A stretch of DNA of 64,000 bases from Verrucomicrobiota bacterium (lineage in GTDB: Bacteria; Verrucomicrobiota; Verrucomicrobiia; Limisphaerales; DSYF01): assembly GCA_025457615.1 (NCBI GenBank), contig JALOTZ010000003.1:17614-81613 (forward strand). Direction: 5' to 3'. Under the pieces are notes generated by a model. The model was not told the DNA's origin and searched no databases. It worked only from the letters and a program-made list of their open reading frames with translations. Shown here piece after piece: positions 19,626-28,236 of the stretch; position 1 is the first letter of the stretch; each line of letters begins with the position of its first letter. The position numbers and the translations under genes were made by a program.

Positions 19626-21269
19626 TCAGGCCGAAGGCGTCGCCCGGGCCGGTTTGCCGTTGCCGCGCGGGCCGAAGGTGTCGGGTTGGAGCCGTTGCTC
19701 GTATTCGTGGCGGAAGAACCGCAGCGTGCTGAGCGTGGGATTGGGCGCCGTCTGGCCCAGGCCGCACAAGCTGGTGCTCCGGACCATGTCGCAGAGCTCC
19801 TCGAGCTTCTGAAGATCCCGCGCCGTGCCCTTGCCCTCCATGATCTTGGTGAGCAGATGATGCATCTGCACGGTCCCGGCGCGGCAGGGGATGCACTTGC
19901 CGCAGGATTCGTCCATGCAGAATTCCATGAAGAACCGGGCCACATCCACCATGTTGGTGGTCTGGTCCATGACAATCATGCCGCCAGACCCCATGATCGA
20001 CCCCAGCTTGCCGAGCGACTCGTAGTCCACCGGCGTGTCGAGGGAATCCGCCGGGATGCAACCGCCCGAGGGGCCGCCGGTCTGCACCGCCTTGATCCGC
20101 CCGCCGTCGGGGGCGCCGCCGCCCATTTCCTCGACGATGGTGCGCAGCGGGGTGCCCATGGGCACCTCGATGAGGCCGGTGTTCTGGATCTTGCCGGCCA
20201 GGGCGAAGACCTTGGTGCCCTTGCTCTTTTCGGTGCCGATGCCGGCGAACCACTGGGCGCCGTTGCGGATGATGGGCGCGACGTTGGCGAAGGTTTCCAC
20301 GTTGTTGATCAGGGTCGGGCAACCCCACAAGCCGCTCTCGGCGGGGAACGGCGGGCGCGGACGCGGGGTGCCGCGGCGGCCCTCGATGGACATCATCAGG
20401 GCGGTTTCCTCGCCGCACACAAACGCGCCGGCGCCGATGCGGATGTCCACGGTGAAGTTGAAGGGGGATTCAAAGATGCCCGCGCCGAGCAAGCCCTTGG
20501 CCTTGGCCTGCTTGATGGCGTTCTTCAACCGCTCGATGGCCAGGGGGTACTCGGCCCGCACGTAGATGAAGCCCTGCTCGGCGCCGACCGCGTAGGCGGC
20601 GATGGCCATGCCTTCGAGCACCGAGTGCGGATCGCTCTCCAGAACGCTGCGGTCCATGAAGGCGCCGGGGTCGCCTTCGTCCGCGTTGCACACCACGAAT
20701 TTCCGGGAACCGGCGGACTTGGCCACCGTGCCCCACTTCAATCCGGTGGGGAACCCCGCCCCGCCCCGGCCGCGCAAGCCGCTGGCGACGATCTCCTCCA
20801 CCACTTCGCTCCGCTCCATCTCCCGGAGCACATGGTAAAGGGCGTGGTAGCCGTCGGCGGCGATGTAACTCTCGATCCGCTCCGGATCCACGATGCCGCT
20901 GTTGGCGAGCACGATGGATTTCTGCTTCTTGAAAAACGGGGCGTTGGCGTCGCCGACCCGGGCCTTGGCCTTTCCGCCCTTGAGCGTCTGGATGATGGAC
21001 TTGGCAGCCTCGGGATCCACCTGTTCAAAGAGCATGCCGCTGGGATCGGCCTGCACGAGCGGCCCCTCGCAGCAAAGGCGCATGCAACCCACGCCGCGCA
21101 CCTCGACCTGGTCCTGCAGTCCGGCCTCGACGACGGCCTTTTCCAGTTCCTGCTTGACCGCCTCCGAGTTGGAGGACACGCAACCGGCGGCCATGCAGCA
21201 GCGCAGGGTGTACTTCTTGCGTGCCGCCAGCTCCCTCTCCTTGATCTGGGTCAGTTCGCTAAGATCCAT
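19626..21269 (-). CDS. hoxF: diaphorase NAD(P)H/FMN-binding subunit (NuoF-like)
   Basis: 547 aa. It has the [20 protein letters not shown] motifs and the [10 protein letters not shown] 4Fe-4S motif. Confidence 0.95.
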   Translation of the reverse strand: MDLSELTQIKERELAARKKYTLRCCMAAGCVSSNSEAVKQELEKAVVEAGLQDQVEVRGVGCMRLCCEGPLVQADPSGMLFEQVDPEAAKSIIQTLKGGKAKARVGDANAPFFKKQKSIVLANSGIVDPERIESYIAADGYHALYHVLREMERSEVVEEIVASGLRGRGGAGFPTGLKWGTVAKSAGSRKFVVCNADEGDPGAFMDRSVLESDPHSVLEGMAIAAYAVGAEQGFIYVRAEYPLAIERLKNAIKQAKAKGLLGAGIFESPFNFTVDIRIGAGAFVCGEETALMMSIEGRRGTPRPRPPFPAESGLWGCPTLINNVETFANVAPIIRNGAQWFAGIGTEKSKGTKVFALAGKIQNTGLIEVPMGTPLRTIVEEMGGGAPDGGRIKAVQTGGPSGGCIPADSLDTPVDYESLGKLGSIMGSGGMIVMDQTTNMVDVARFFMEFCMDESCGKCIPCRAGTVQMHHLLTKIMEGKGTARDLQKLEELCDMVRSTSLCGLGQTAPNPTLSTLRFFRHEYEQRLQPDTFGPRGNGKPARATPSA

Positions 21270-21792
21270 GGCTCATCCATTCCTTGATTTGCTTGCGCGC
21301 GTCCGCCACGCCCTGCCGGGGGGTCACGGTGCCGTCGTACACCACCGCCGGCGCGATGCCGCAGGCGCCGATGCAGCGGGCGGTGAGCACGGACACCTGG
21401 TTATCCGGCGTGGTTTCGCCGGACTTGATCCCGGCCTGCTCCTCGACGCCGGCCAGTACTTTGTCCGCCCCCTTCACATAACAGGCCGTGCCCATGCAGA
21501 CCACGCAGGAGTGCTTGCCCTTGGGCTTGAGCTGGAAGAAGTGATAGAAGGTGGCCACGCCATAGACCCGGCTCGGGGGAATGCGCAGCCCTTGCGCCAC
21601 GAACCTCAACTGTGGCGTGTCGAGGTAGCCGAACAGTTCCTGCGCCTTGTGCAGCACCTCGATCAACGCATCAGACTGGTTTTGATGCCGCTTCATGGTG
21701 GTCTGCAAGATCTTGTAGCGCTTGTCACCGGCCACCAACTGTGCCGATGCCAGGGCCGCCTTCTGCCGTTTGTCCGCTATCGCCGTAACCAT
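21259..21792 (-). CDS. hoxE: diaphorase 2Fe-2S subunit (NuoE-like)
   Basis: 177 aa. It has the thioredoxin-like 2Fe-2S motifs [10 protein letters not shown] and CIGACGIAP, and it overlaps the hoxF start. Confidence 0.9.
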   Translation of the reverse strand: MVTAIADKRQKAALASAQLVAGDKRYKILQTTMKRHQNQSDALIEVLHKAQELFGYLDTPQLRFVAQGLRIPPSRVYGVATFYHFFQLKPKGKHSCVVCMGTACYVKGADKVLAGVEEQAGIKSGETTPDNQVSVLTARCIGACGIAPAVVYDGTVTPRQGVADARKQIKEWMSHGS

Positions 21793-21872
21793 GTTTCAGT
21801 GTGAATGGCACGTGGAACAACTCCCAGTGCGCGTGCAGCATCGCGCCTGCACCGGCAAATCACTGTACGGGA

Positions 21873-21885
21873 ATTGTTAAACAAT
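21873..21885. promoter_or_regulatory. AT-rich palindrome upstream of hoxE (candidate operator)
   Basis: ATTGTT-A-AACAAT is a perfect 6-1-6 palindrome 81-93 nt upstream of the hoxE ATG. It stands out in otherwise GC-rich DNA. No regulator is assigned. Confidence 0.25.
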
Positions 21886-22000
21886 CACCGTTTCTTGTCT
21901 CCCAGAATAAGGACAAAGGATGGGGGGGACGGCCGGAAAACATGCGAAAAGCCCGCAAATCCGCCAGCGGACGCCGGAATCCGGCGGGACGCCGCAGGGC

Positions 22001-22762
22001 TCAGTTCGATGCGGCCACGTCGAAGTGGACCGTGGTGCGGGATCCGGTCCGCGCATCGTCGATGCGCATCTCCTTCAACTGCCACTGCCCTTCCATTTTC
22101 CTGAAGGACTTGGGGGCGAATTCTTTCATGCGCACGCGGTCGGCGTCCCAGGCCTCGGCGAGGACGATGCCGCCGGTGTCGATGTCCAGCCACGACACAA
22201 CGCGGGCATAGCCGCCGGTCGGCGGCTCGGGCAGGATGCTTTCGAGCACGTGGCAGGCCTGGCCGCGCTTGAGTTCCTTTTTCAACAGCCGCTGGACCGG
22301 CCACCGCAGAAACTCAAGGCCGAGATCCCCCGCCCAAAAATCGGATCCGGCAAATTTCAACGTCGCCACCTCCGCTCTGCTCAAGGGTGTGGCCCGGTCC
22401 AGGTCGTCGGGGGAGCCCTGAAAATAGCGGTCGGGCTGGCCAGGCTCGTGGAGAATCGTCAGGGTGCAAAGCCCACCGCCCGAATCGGGACCCAGCGCCT
22501 CGTACCGACTGATCCAGCGGGACCCGCACACTTGAACGGTGAAGCGAACCGGGATCACCACAGCCGCCTGCCGTCCCGGGGGCCGGATCTCCAGGGTGCC
22601 GAGGTTGGTGGAGTTGCCGGCGGGGATCTGCGAGAGCAGGCCGGCGGTCAAATCGCGTCCCTCGCGTTCCGCCCGCTGAGGGTCGAAGTCTTCGGGCAAT
22701 CGTTGCCCGTGCAGGCCCGTCGCGGCAACCAGCCACAGGATCAGACACCGGAGCCGCCTCAT
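22001..22762 (-). CDS. LolA-like outer-membrane lipoprotein-sorting family protein
   Basis: 253 aa with a signal peptide (LILWLVAATGLHG). The C-terminal part (WDADRVRMKEFAPKSFRKMEGQWQLKEMRIDD) resembles LolA_like/DUF-type sorting proteins, recalled from memory. Its ATG overlaps the lon TGA. Confidence 0.65.
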   Translation of the reverse strand: MRRLRCLILWLVAATGLHGQRLPEDFDPQRAEREGRDLTAGLLSQIPAGNSTNLGTLEIRPPGRQAAVVIPVRFTVQVCGSRWISRYEALGPDSGGGLCTLTILHEPGQPDRYFQGSPDDLDRATPLSRAEVATLKFAGSDFWAGDLGLEFLRWPVQRLLKKELKRGQACHVLESILPEPPTGGYARVVSWLDIDTGGIVLAEAWDADRVRMKEFAPKSFRKMEGQWQLKEMRIDDARTGSRTTVHFDVAASN

Positions 22763-25158
22763 TTCTTTTCCAAGGCGAGGGGCAGCAGTTGGGAGATATG
22801 CCGGATGAAATGCACCTTGAGCCGGTTGCGGACCTCGCCGGGAACCTCCTGCCAGTCCGACTTGTTGGTGTCCGGCAGGATGACTTCCTTGAGTCCGAAC
22901 CGCTCGGCGGCGAGCACCTTCTCCTTGATCCCGCCCACCCGCAGCACGCGGCCCCGGAGACTGACCTCGCCGCTCATGGCCAGATCGGAGCGGACCCGGC
23001 GTTTGCTGAGCAGGGAGGCCAGGGCGGCGGTGATGGTCACACCCGCGCTCGGGCCGTCCTTGGGCACCGCGCCCGCCGGCACATGGATATGGATGTCGAA
23101 CCGCGAGTGGTCCGAAACATCCAACCCGAGCAACTCCGCCTGGCTGCGCAGGTAACTCAGCGCGGTCTGCGCGCTTTCCTTCATGACATCCCCCAGCAGC
23201 CCGGTGAGCAACAAGTTGCCCTTGCCGGGCATCCGGGTGGCTTCGATGAAAACCACCTCGCCGCCCACCGGCGTCCAGACCAGCCCGGTGGCAATGCCGA
23301 TCTCCTTGATGCTCTCGGCCGTCTCCGCATGGAACCGGGGCGGGCCGAGCAGCTCGGTGATCTTGTTGGGGGCGACGTGGAGTGGACGGCGCAGGTTGCC
23401 GTTGCTGACGAGTTTGCGGGTGACTTTGCGCGTGAGCGCGGCCACCTCCCGTTCGAGCTGGCGCACCCCGGCCTCGCGCGTGTAACCGGTGATGAGCCGG
23501 CGCAGCGTGGGATCCGGCAACCGGACATCCCGGCGCGTCAGCCCGTGTTCCTCCAGTTGACGGGGAATCAGGTGGCGCTTGGCAATCTCGAGCTTCTCGG
23601 ACTCGGTGTAGCTGGGCAGCTCGATCACCTCCAGCCGATCGCGCAACGCCGGGTGCACCGGCTCCAGCCAGTTGGCCGTGGTGATGAAAAGCACGCGGGA
23701 AAGGTCGAACGGAATGTCCAGATAATGATCCGTGAATGTGTTGTTCTGCTCGGGATCGAGCACCTCGAGCAGCGCCGAGGCCGGATCGCCCCGGAAGTCG
23801 GCGCCCACCTTGTCCAGTTCGTCCAGGAGAATGACCGGGTTGCGGCTTTCCAGACGCCTGAGGGTCTGGATTATGCGCCCCGGCAACGCGCCCACATAGG
23901 TCCGGCGGTGGCCCCGGATTTCGGCTTCATCACGCATGCCGCCCAGCGAAATGCGGCCGAATTTCCTTCCCAAAGCATCGGCCACGCTGCGGCCGAGCGA
24001 AGTCTTGCCCACACCGGGCGGGCCGACCAGGCAGAGGATGGGACCTTTGATCTGCTTGCGCCGCTTGATGACGGCCAGGAACTCCAGCAGGCGATCCTTG
24101 ACCTTCGAAAGCCCGAAATGCTGCTCGTTGAGAATCCGCTCCGCCTCGGCCAGGTCGAGCTTGTCCTCGGTCTCCCCCTTCCAGGGCAGGGCCAGAATCC
24201 AGTCGATGTAATTGCGGGTGAGCGCAAACTCGGGGACGCTCGGCTGGATCTGCGCCAGCCGCTCGACTTCATGGAGGGCGACCTTGCGGGCTTCCTCGCT
24301 GAGCGGCGCCTGCTCGATCCTTTCGCGCAGGGCGCGGATTTCGCCGCCGGCATGATCGCCTTCGCCCAGCTCGCGCTGGATGGCCCGCATCTGCTCGCGC
24401 AGGAAAAAGTCCCGCTGCGTCTTGGAGATGTTGGTGGCCACCTCGGACTGGATCTTGGAGCTGAGCATCAGCACCTGGTTTTCCCGGTTCAGCAGGGGGA
24501 GCAGGCGTTGGAGCCGTTCCCGGATGCTTATGGTTTCGAGCAGCGCCTGGCGATCCTCGAGCCCGAAATTCAGGTTGATGGCCGCCAGGTCAGCGAAAAG
24601 GCCGGGGTCCTCGGTGTTCAGGGCCGAGGCCTTGATCTGTTCGGACAGCGCCGGGGACAGATTGACGATCTCCTGGAACAAAGCCTGGGCATTACGAAGC
24701 AAGGCGGCCTCCTCGACCGAATCCCCGGAGGTGTCCCGGAGCAGCTCGAACTTCGCGCGCAAATAGGGTTTGGAGTCGGTGTATTCCTGGATCCGGATGC
24801 GCCAGAGCCCCTCGACCAGAACGCGCACGGTGTTGTCAGGGAACTTGAGCATCTTCAACACCCGCGCCGCGCAGCCGACTGAATGCATTTCCTCGGGCTT
24901 GGGGTCTTCGGCATGCGGATTACGCTGCAGCGCCACGCCGATCAGGCGGTCCCCCGCGACCACATCGTCGATCATCTTGATGCTGCCCGCCGCCTCCACG
25001 AGCAACGGAGCCACCATCGAGGGGAAGAACACGATGTCCGAAAGGCCGAGGATGGGAAGGGTGTCAGGCAGGGCCCGCGCGGAGAAGCGCGTGGACGCCC
25101 CCTCCCGTTCAGACGGCCCGAGGATGCTGATGAATTCGGTATCCGGTGCAGACATCAT
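22759..25158 (-). CDS. lon: ATP-dependent Lon protease
   Basis: 799 aa. It has a LON N-domain, the AAA+ Walker A motif GPPGVGKTS, and a protease domain containing PKDGPSAGVT (catalytic Ser). Confidence 0.97.
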   Translation of the reverse strand: MMSAPDTEFISILGPSEREGASTRFSARALPDTLPILGLSDIVFFPSMVAPLLVEAAGSIKMIDDVVAGDRLIGVALQRNPHAEDPKPEEMHSVGCAARVLKMLKFPDNTVRVLVEGLWRIRIQEYTDSKPYLRAKFELLRDTSGDSVEEAALLRNAQALFQEIVNLSPALSEQIKASALNTEDPGLFADLAAINLNFGLEDRQALLETISIRERLQRLLPLLNRENQVLMLSSKIQSEVATNISKTQRDFFLREQMRAIQRELGEGDHAGGEIRALRERIEQAPLSEEARKVALHEVERLAQIQPSVPEFALTRNYIDWILALPWKGETEDKLDLAEAERILNEQHFGLSKVKDRLLEFLAVIKRRKQIKGPILCLVGPPGVGKTSLGRSVADALGRKFGRISLGGMRDEAEIRGHRRTYVGALPGRIIQTLRRLESRNPVILLDELDKVGADFRGDPASALLEVLDPEQNNTFTDHYLDIPFDLSRVLFITTANWLEPVHPALRDRLEVIELPSYTESEKLEIAKRHLIPRQLEEHGLTRRDVRLPDPTLRRLITGYTREAGVRQLEREVAALTRKVTRKLVSNGNLRRPLHVAPNKITELLGPPRFHAETAESIKEIGIATGLVWTPVGGEVVFIEATRMPGKGNLLLTGLLGDVMKESAQTALSYLRSQAELLGLDVSDHSRFDIHIHVPAGAVPKDGPSAGVTITAALASLLSKRRVRSDLAMSGEVSLRGRVLRVGGIKEKVLAAERFGLKEVILPDTNKSDWQEVPGEVRNRLKVHFIRHISQLLPLALEKK

Positions 25159-25209
25159 TGGCGGTCACCCATAAAGTGGCACGATCCGCAGCCCAAGGTC
25201 GAGGGTGCG

Positions 25210-25632
25210 TTAGACGGCCTCCTTGACTGGCACCTTGGTGCGTTTGGCCTTGGAGGGCGCGGAAACGGGGACGTCAATTCGCAGGAACCCGTTCAGATAG
25301 GAGGCTTTGGCCTTGCTCAAATCATAGCCGGGCGGCAACTCCAGCACCGTCTCGAACGCCCCGTAACTGATCTCCATCACGAGGAAGTTGCAGGTGGGCG
25401 CGCGACATCCATCCGGGCGCGTGCCATTGATGCGCAAGCGGTTGCCCTCGACATTGATCTCGAGGTTCTCGCTGCGCATGCCCGCCAGCTCGACCTTCAC
25501 CACCAACCCGCCGTCGGTGGCGTAAACGTCCGTGTTGGGCTGCCACCGCGCCTCGGCCCCAAGCTCACGCTTATGGTTGGCGGCGGGGCGCAGCGTGAAG
25601 TGAAACCCTGAGCTCAATTTGCACATGGCCAT
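25210..25632 (-). CDS. Hsp20/alpha-crystallin family small heat-shock protein
   Basis: It has an alpha-crystallin core (WQPNTDVYATDGGLVVKVELAGMRSENLEINVEGNRLRINGTR ... GFLRIDVP). The start is taken at MAMCKL, and the longest ORF begins at 25713. Confidence 0.85.
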   Translation of the reverse strand: MAMCKLSSGFHFTLRPAANHKRELGAEARWQPNTDVYATDGGLVVKVELAGMRSENLEINVEGNRLRINGTRPDGCRAPTCNFLVMEISYGAFETVLELPPGYDLSKAKASYLNGFLRIDVPVSAPSKAKRTKVPVKEAV

Positions 25633-25697
25633 GCGTGGCAGCACACTATCCCACGCCCCGGAGACGCGCAAGCATCCGGTCGGGAGTGCCGCGCTCG

Positions 25698-25740
25698 GGG
25701 TGCATCTAAACACTGCCCCCGGAGCGCGGCCTTCAGGCCT
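25698..25740. repeat. truncated end of the family C MITE-like element
   Basis: gggtgcatctaaacactgcccccggagcgcggccttcaggcc matches one terminus of the elements at 27954-28107 and 41069-41235. Confidence 0.5.
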
Positions 25741-25750
25741 TGTCTTGGAG

Positions 25751-26161
25751 TCAGGGCACCGTCCGACCCCTGCCCCCGCTCCACAGGCGGCTGATGCCGA
25801 ACCACGCGAGCAGGGCGGCGCCCAGCGGCGTGCCGAGCAGGGAGGTGGGCACGGCGGCGATCACCGCCAGCAGCAACGCGTATCCCAAGGCGGTCCAAGT
25901 CCGTTGCTTCTTCACGAGCTTCTGGATCAGCAGCGTGGGGATGAACACGGTGATGAAACACAGGGGAATCGTGATCACCCAGTCGATCACTACGAACTCG
26001 GGCAGCAGCCACAGGTTGTCCACCGCCAGCAGCAACAGCGCGGCCAGCGGATGAATCGGCGGCCCGCCCGAGCCCGGGCCGGGCGCAGCGGCCAACCGAC
26101 GGCTCACGCGCGGCGGTTCCCGCACCACTTCCACGTCCACAATCTTGGGCTCCGGGGACAT
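25751..26161 (-). CDS. small integral membrane protein, unknown function
   Basis: About 136 aa from MSPEPK with three hydrophobic helices. It starts 4 nt after the upstream PGM-like stop. No recognisable family. Confidence 0.55.
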   Translation of the reverse strand: MSPEPKIVDVEVVREPPRVSRRLAAAPGPGSGGPPIHPLAALLLLAVDNLWLLPEFVVIDWVITIPLCFITVFIPTLLIQKLVKKQRTWTALGYALLLAVIAAVPTSLLGTPLGAALLAWFGISRLWSGGRGRTVP

Positions 26162-26165
26162 GGGT

Positions 26166-27884
26166 TCACGCCACCGCCGCCTGGAGCCGGCGCAGCAGAC
26201 CGTCGGGCTCGGCCACTCCGAGACGGGCGATGGTTTCGGCGCGCTCGTGGGAATCCGCCACGGCATAGACGCGCAGTTCGTCCGCGTTGCCCGACGGACG
26301 CACATGGGCCACGTCGCCGTTGCGGAAGGTCACGCGCACGCCGTCCACGTAATTGAGTCTCTGGATCGGCCCGAAGCCTTCCCGCGCCGTGAAGATCTTC
26401 TCCAGGTCGGTTCGGATGCCGCACAACGCGGCGCGTTCCTCGCTGGAAAGGGCGATCGGATGGCCGGCTTCGTCCAGGGCCATCGCGCCGGCCTCCTCGA
26501 AGGTCACGTCCTTGATGCGGGGAAACACCGGGGAGAACCGCTCCACGATGCGCAGGGAAACGGGCCGGGGGAAGTGCTGGAGCAGGGCCGCCTTGCTGAA
26601 CCGGCGCGGCAACCGGCCGAACAGCTCGGTCACCGACACGCCCTGCTCGCGGGCGGCGAACAGCACGCCGAGGATGGGCAGAAACGCGTCGCGAGTGGGC
26701 AAGGCCGGGAGCCGGTGTCCGCCGCGTTCAATGGTCGAACCGGTCAGGAAGCCGCCGTTGGCCTCCCAACCGCACACGCACCGTTTGCCGCGCGCCAGGG
26801 CGGCGTCCATGCCCGCGATGACAAACGGCGAGCCGATCCGCGTCTTGGGCTCCAGCTTGTCCCGGAGCGGGCTGCGGTCCAGCGCATCGTTGCAACTGAT
26901 GGGCACCACCACGGCGTCCGCGCCCAGATACCCGGCCACGACCATGCCCACCAGGTCGCCAGCGAAGAACCGGACCTTCCCGGAAGGCGGTTCCACGCCG
27001 AGGATCAGCGGGCGATCGCTGTCGCCGTCGGTGGACACCACGGCGTCGAGCGGACCGTGGGCGTTCGAGGCGGTGTCGGCCAGGTTTTGCACCCCGGCCA
27101 GGAGATCGTCGTTGATGTTTTCGGTGTCAATCGGCACGAACGTGTCGCTGCGCCCGGCGGCGATCACCTGGGCGCCCAATCGTTCGAGCAACTGCGCCAA
27201 CAGGTCGCGTCCCACGGCGGAATGTTGATACACCAGCAGGCGCAACCCCTTCAGGTCGTGACCGGCAAAGAACTCGGTGTAGCGCCGAAGGTAGGCCTCG
27301 CGTGCCGCCGGATCCGGCGTCGGCAGCCGGGTCGAACCGCCCTTGAACGCGCCGCTGGGTCCAAACGCGGACTCATTGGCGGGCTGGTTGTAGATGGCAG
27401 CCCGCACCTGCTCGACCCGTTCCTGGATGGGAGATTCATCCTGCTTGAGCAATTCGCCCCGGGCCGAGTTGGTCTTGTAGCCGTTGCGATCGAAGGGGAT
27501 GTGACTGCCGGTGACCATGATGCTGCCCCTGCCCTGCCGCAGCGCGTGGTTGGTCAGCGCCGGGGTCGGGATCTGGCCCAGATAGACAGGCGTCAAGCCG
27601 GAGTCCTGGATCGCGCGCTGGATGGCCTGGGCGATTTCACCACGTCCGCCCTGCTCCGCCACGAAGTGGGTGGAACTCGGGCGCAGATCCGCGGCGAAGT
27701 AAAAGGGGTCACCCTTGTGGAGGCCGCCGCCGGTGGCGGGGCGCGATTGCAGGTATTCCAGTTCAGCCCGCGCGTTGATGTAGATTTCGAGCTGGCTCAG
27801 ATGGATCACCTCGCCGCGCCGTCCGCTGGTGCCGAAGCGCAGGGGCTGGGGCGTGTGATTCAAGGACTCTCGCAAGGTCGCCAT
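26166..27884 (-). CDS. phosphoglucomutase/phosphomannomutase family protein
   Basis: About 572 aa from MATLRESL. It has FGTSGRRG near the N-terminus, the phosphoserine-loop variant TGSHIPFDRNGYK and the metal loop STDGDSDRP. Confidence 0.85.
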   Translation of the reverse strand: MATLRESLNHTPQPLRFGTSGRRGEVIHLSQLEIYINARAELEYLQSRPATGGGLHKGDPFYFAADLRPSSTHFVAEQGGRGEIAQAIQRAIQDSGLTPVYLGQIPTPALTNHALRQGRGSIMVTGSHIPFDRNGYKTNSARGELLKQDESPIQERVEQVRAAIYNQPANESAFGPSGAFKGGSTRLPTPDPAAREAYLRRYTEFFAGHDLKGLRLLVYQHSAVGRDLLAQLLERLGAQVIAAGRSDTFVPIDTENINDDLLAGVQNLADTASNAHGPLDAVVSTDGDSDRPLILGVEPPSGKVRFFAGDLVGMVVAGYLGADAVVVPISCNDALDRSPLRDKLEPKTRIGSPFVIAGMDAALARGKRCVCGWEANGGFLTGSTIERGGHRLPALPTRDAFLPILGVLFAAREQGVSVTELFGRLPRRFSKAALLQHFPRPVSLRIVERFSPVFPRIKDVTFEEAGAMALDEAGHPIALSSEERAALCGIRTDLEKIFTAREGFGPIQRLNYVDGVRVTFRNGDVAHVRPSGNADELRVYAVADSHERAETIARLGVAEPDGLLRRLQAAVA

Positions 27885-27953
27885 GGACGAGCAGTCTGCG
27901 TGGCTGGAAGACAGACGCAAGCAATTCAGGCACCCCGGCAGCCATTCTCATTG

Positions 27954-28107
27954 TTTTGACACTGTCCCGGCGCGCGGCCTTCAGGCCGCTTCAACGTCCG
28001 AAGGGCACGCGATGAAACGCTTGTTCTGCAGGCTTGCGAATGCTGAAGCGGCATGAATGCCGCGCCCCGGCCAGAATTGCGTTCGAGGACAGTGTCAAAT
28101 TGCACCC
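27954..28107. mobile_element. MITE-like palindromic element, family C, copy 1
   Basis: Its terminal inverted repeats are tttgacactgtcc ... ggacagtgtcaaa. It is roughly 90 percent identical by eye, in inverted orientation, to 41069-41235, and it has an internal hairpin gcggcat-ga-atgccgc. Confidence 0.7.
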
Positions 28108-28236
28108 GTCTCCTTCTCCGCCCCAAAACGCGCGAGGCCAAACCCGACAGGGGCGGAGACGCTTGAGGAGCGACGGTCATCACCATAAGCAGCGACGGTC
28201 ACGCACCGCCGCTGCAGCCTTTCCGCCGAGGTTGGC

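Noticed and set aside
21806-21822. A TGGCACG sequence resembling a sigma54 -24 element, near the hoxE start.
   Set aside because: It lies on the plus strand, pointing away from the minus-strand hox operon, and it lacks a properly spaced TTGC -12 element.
21922-21928. Homopolymer tracts that might mediate phase variation. One is a G7 run upstream of hoxE. The other is a C7 run at 32229-32235, in the LamG / alpha-2-macroglobulin divergent promoter region.
   Set aside because: The tracts are short and single. Their positions relative to promoters are unknown, and length variation cannot be assessed from one sequence.
25643-25671. A candidate promoter for hsp20-lon. On the minus strand it has TTGCGC, a 17-nt spacer and TAGTGT, implying a leaderless hsp20 mRNA.
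   Set aside because: The hexamers are only weak matches, and no heat-shock (sigma32, CIRCE or ROSE) element is recognisable. It is too speculative to list as a feature.
27926-28186. An 86-aa ORF spanning the gap between the PGM-like gene and the LamG gene.
   Set aside because: It is entirely composed of MITE-like element sequence. An equivalent spurious ORF arises from the inverted copy at 41067.
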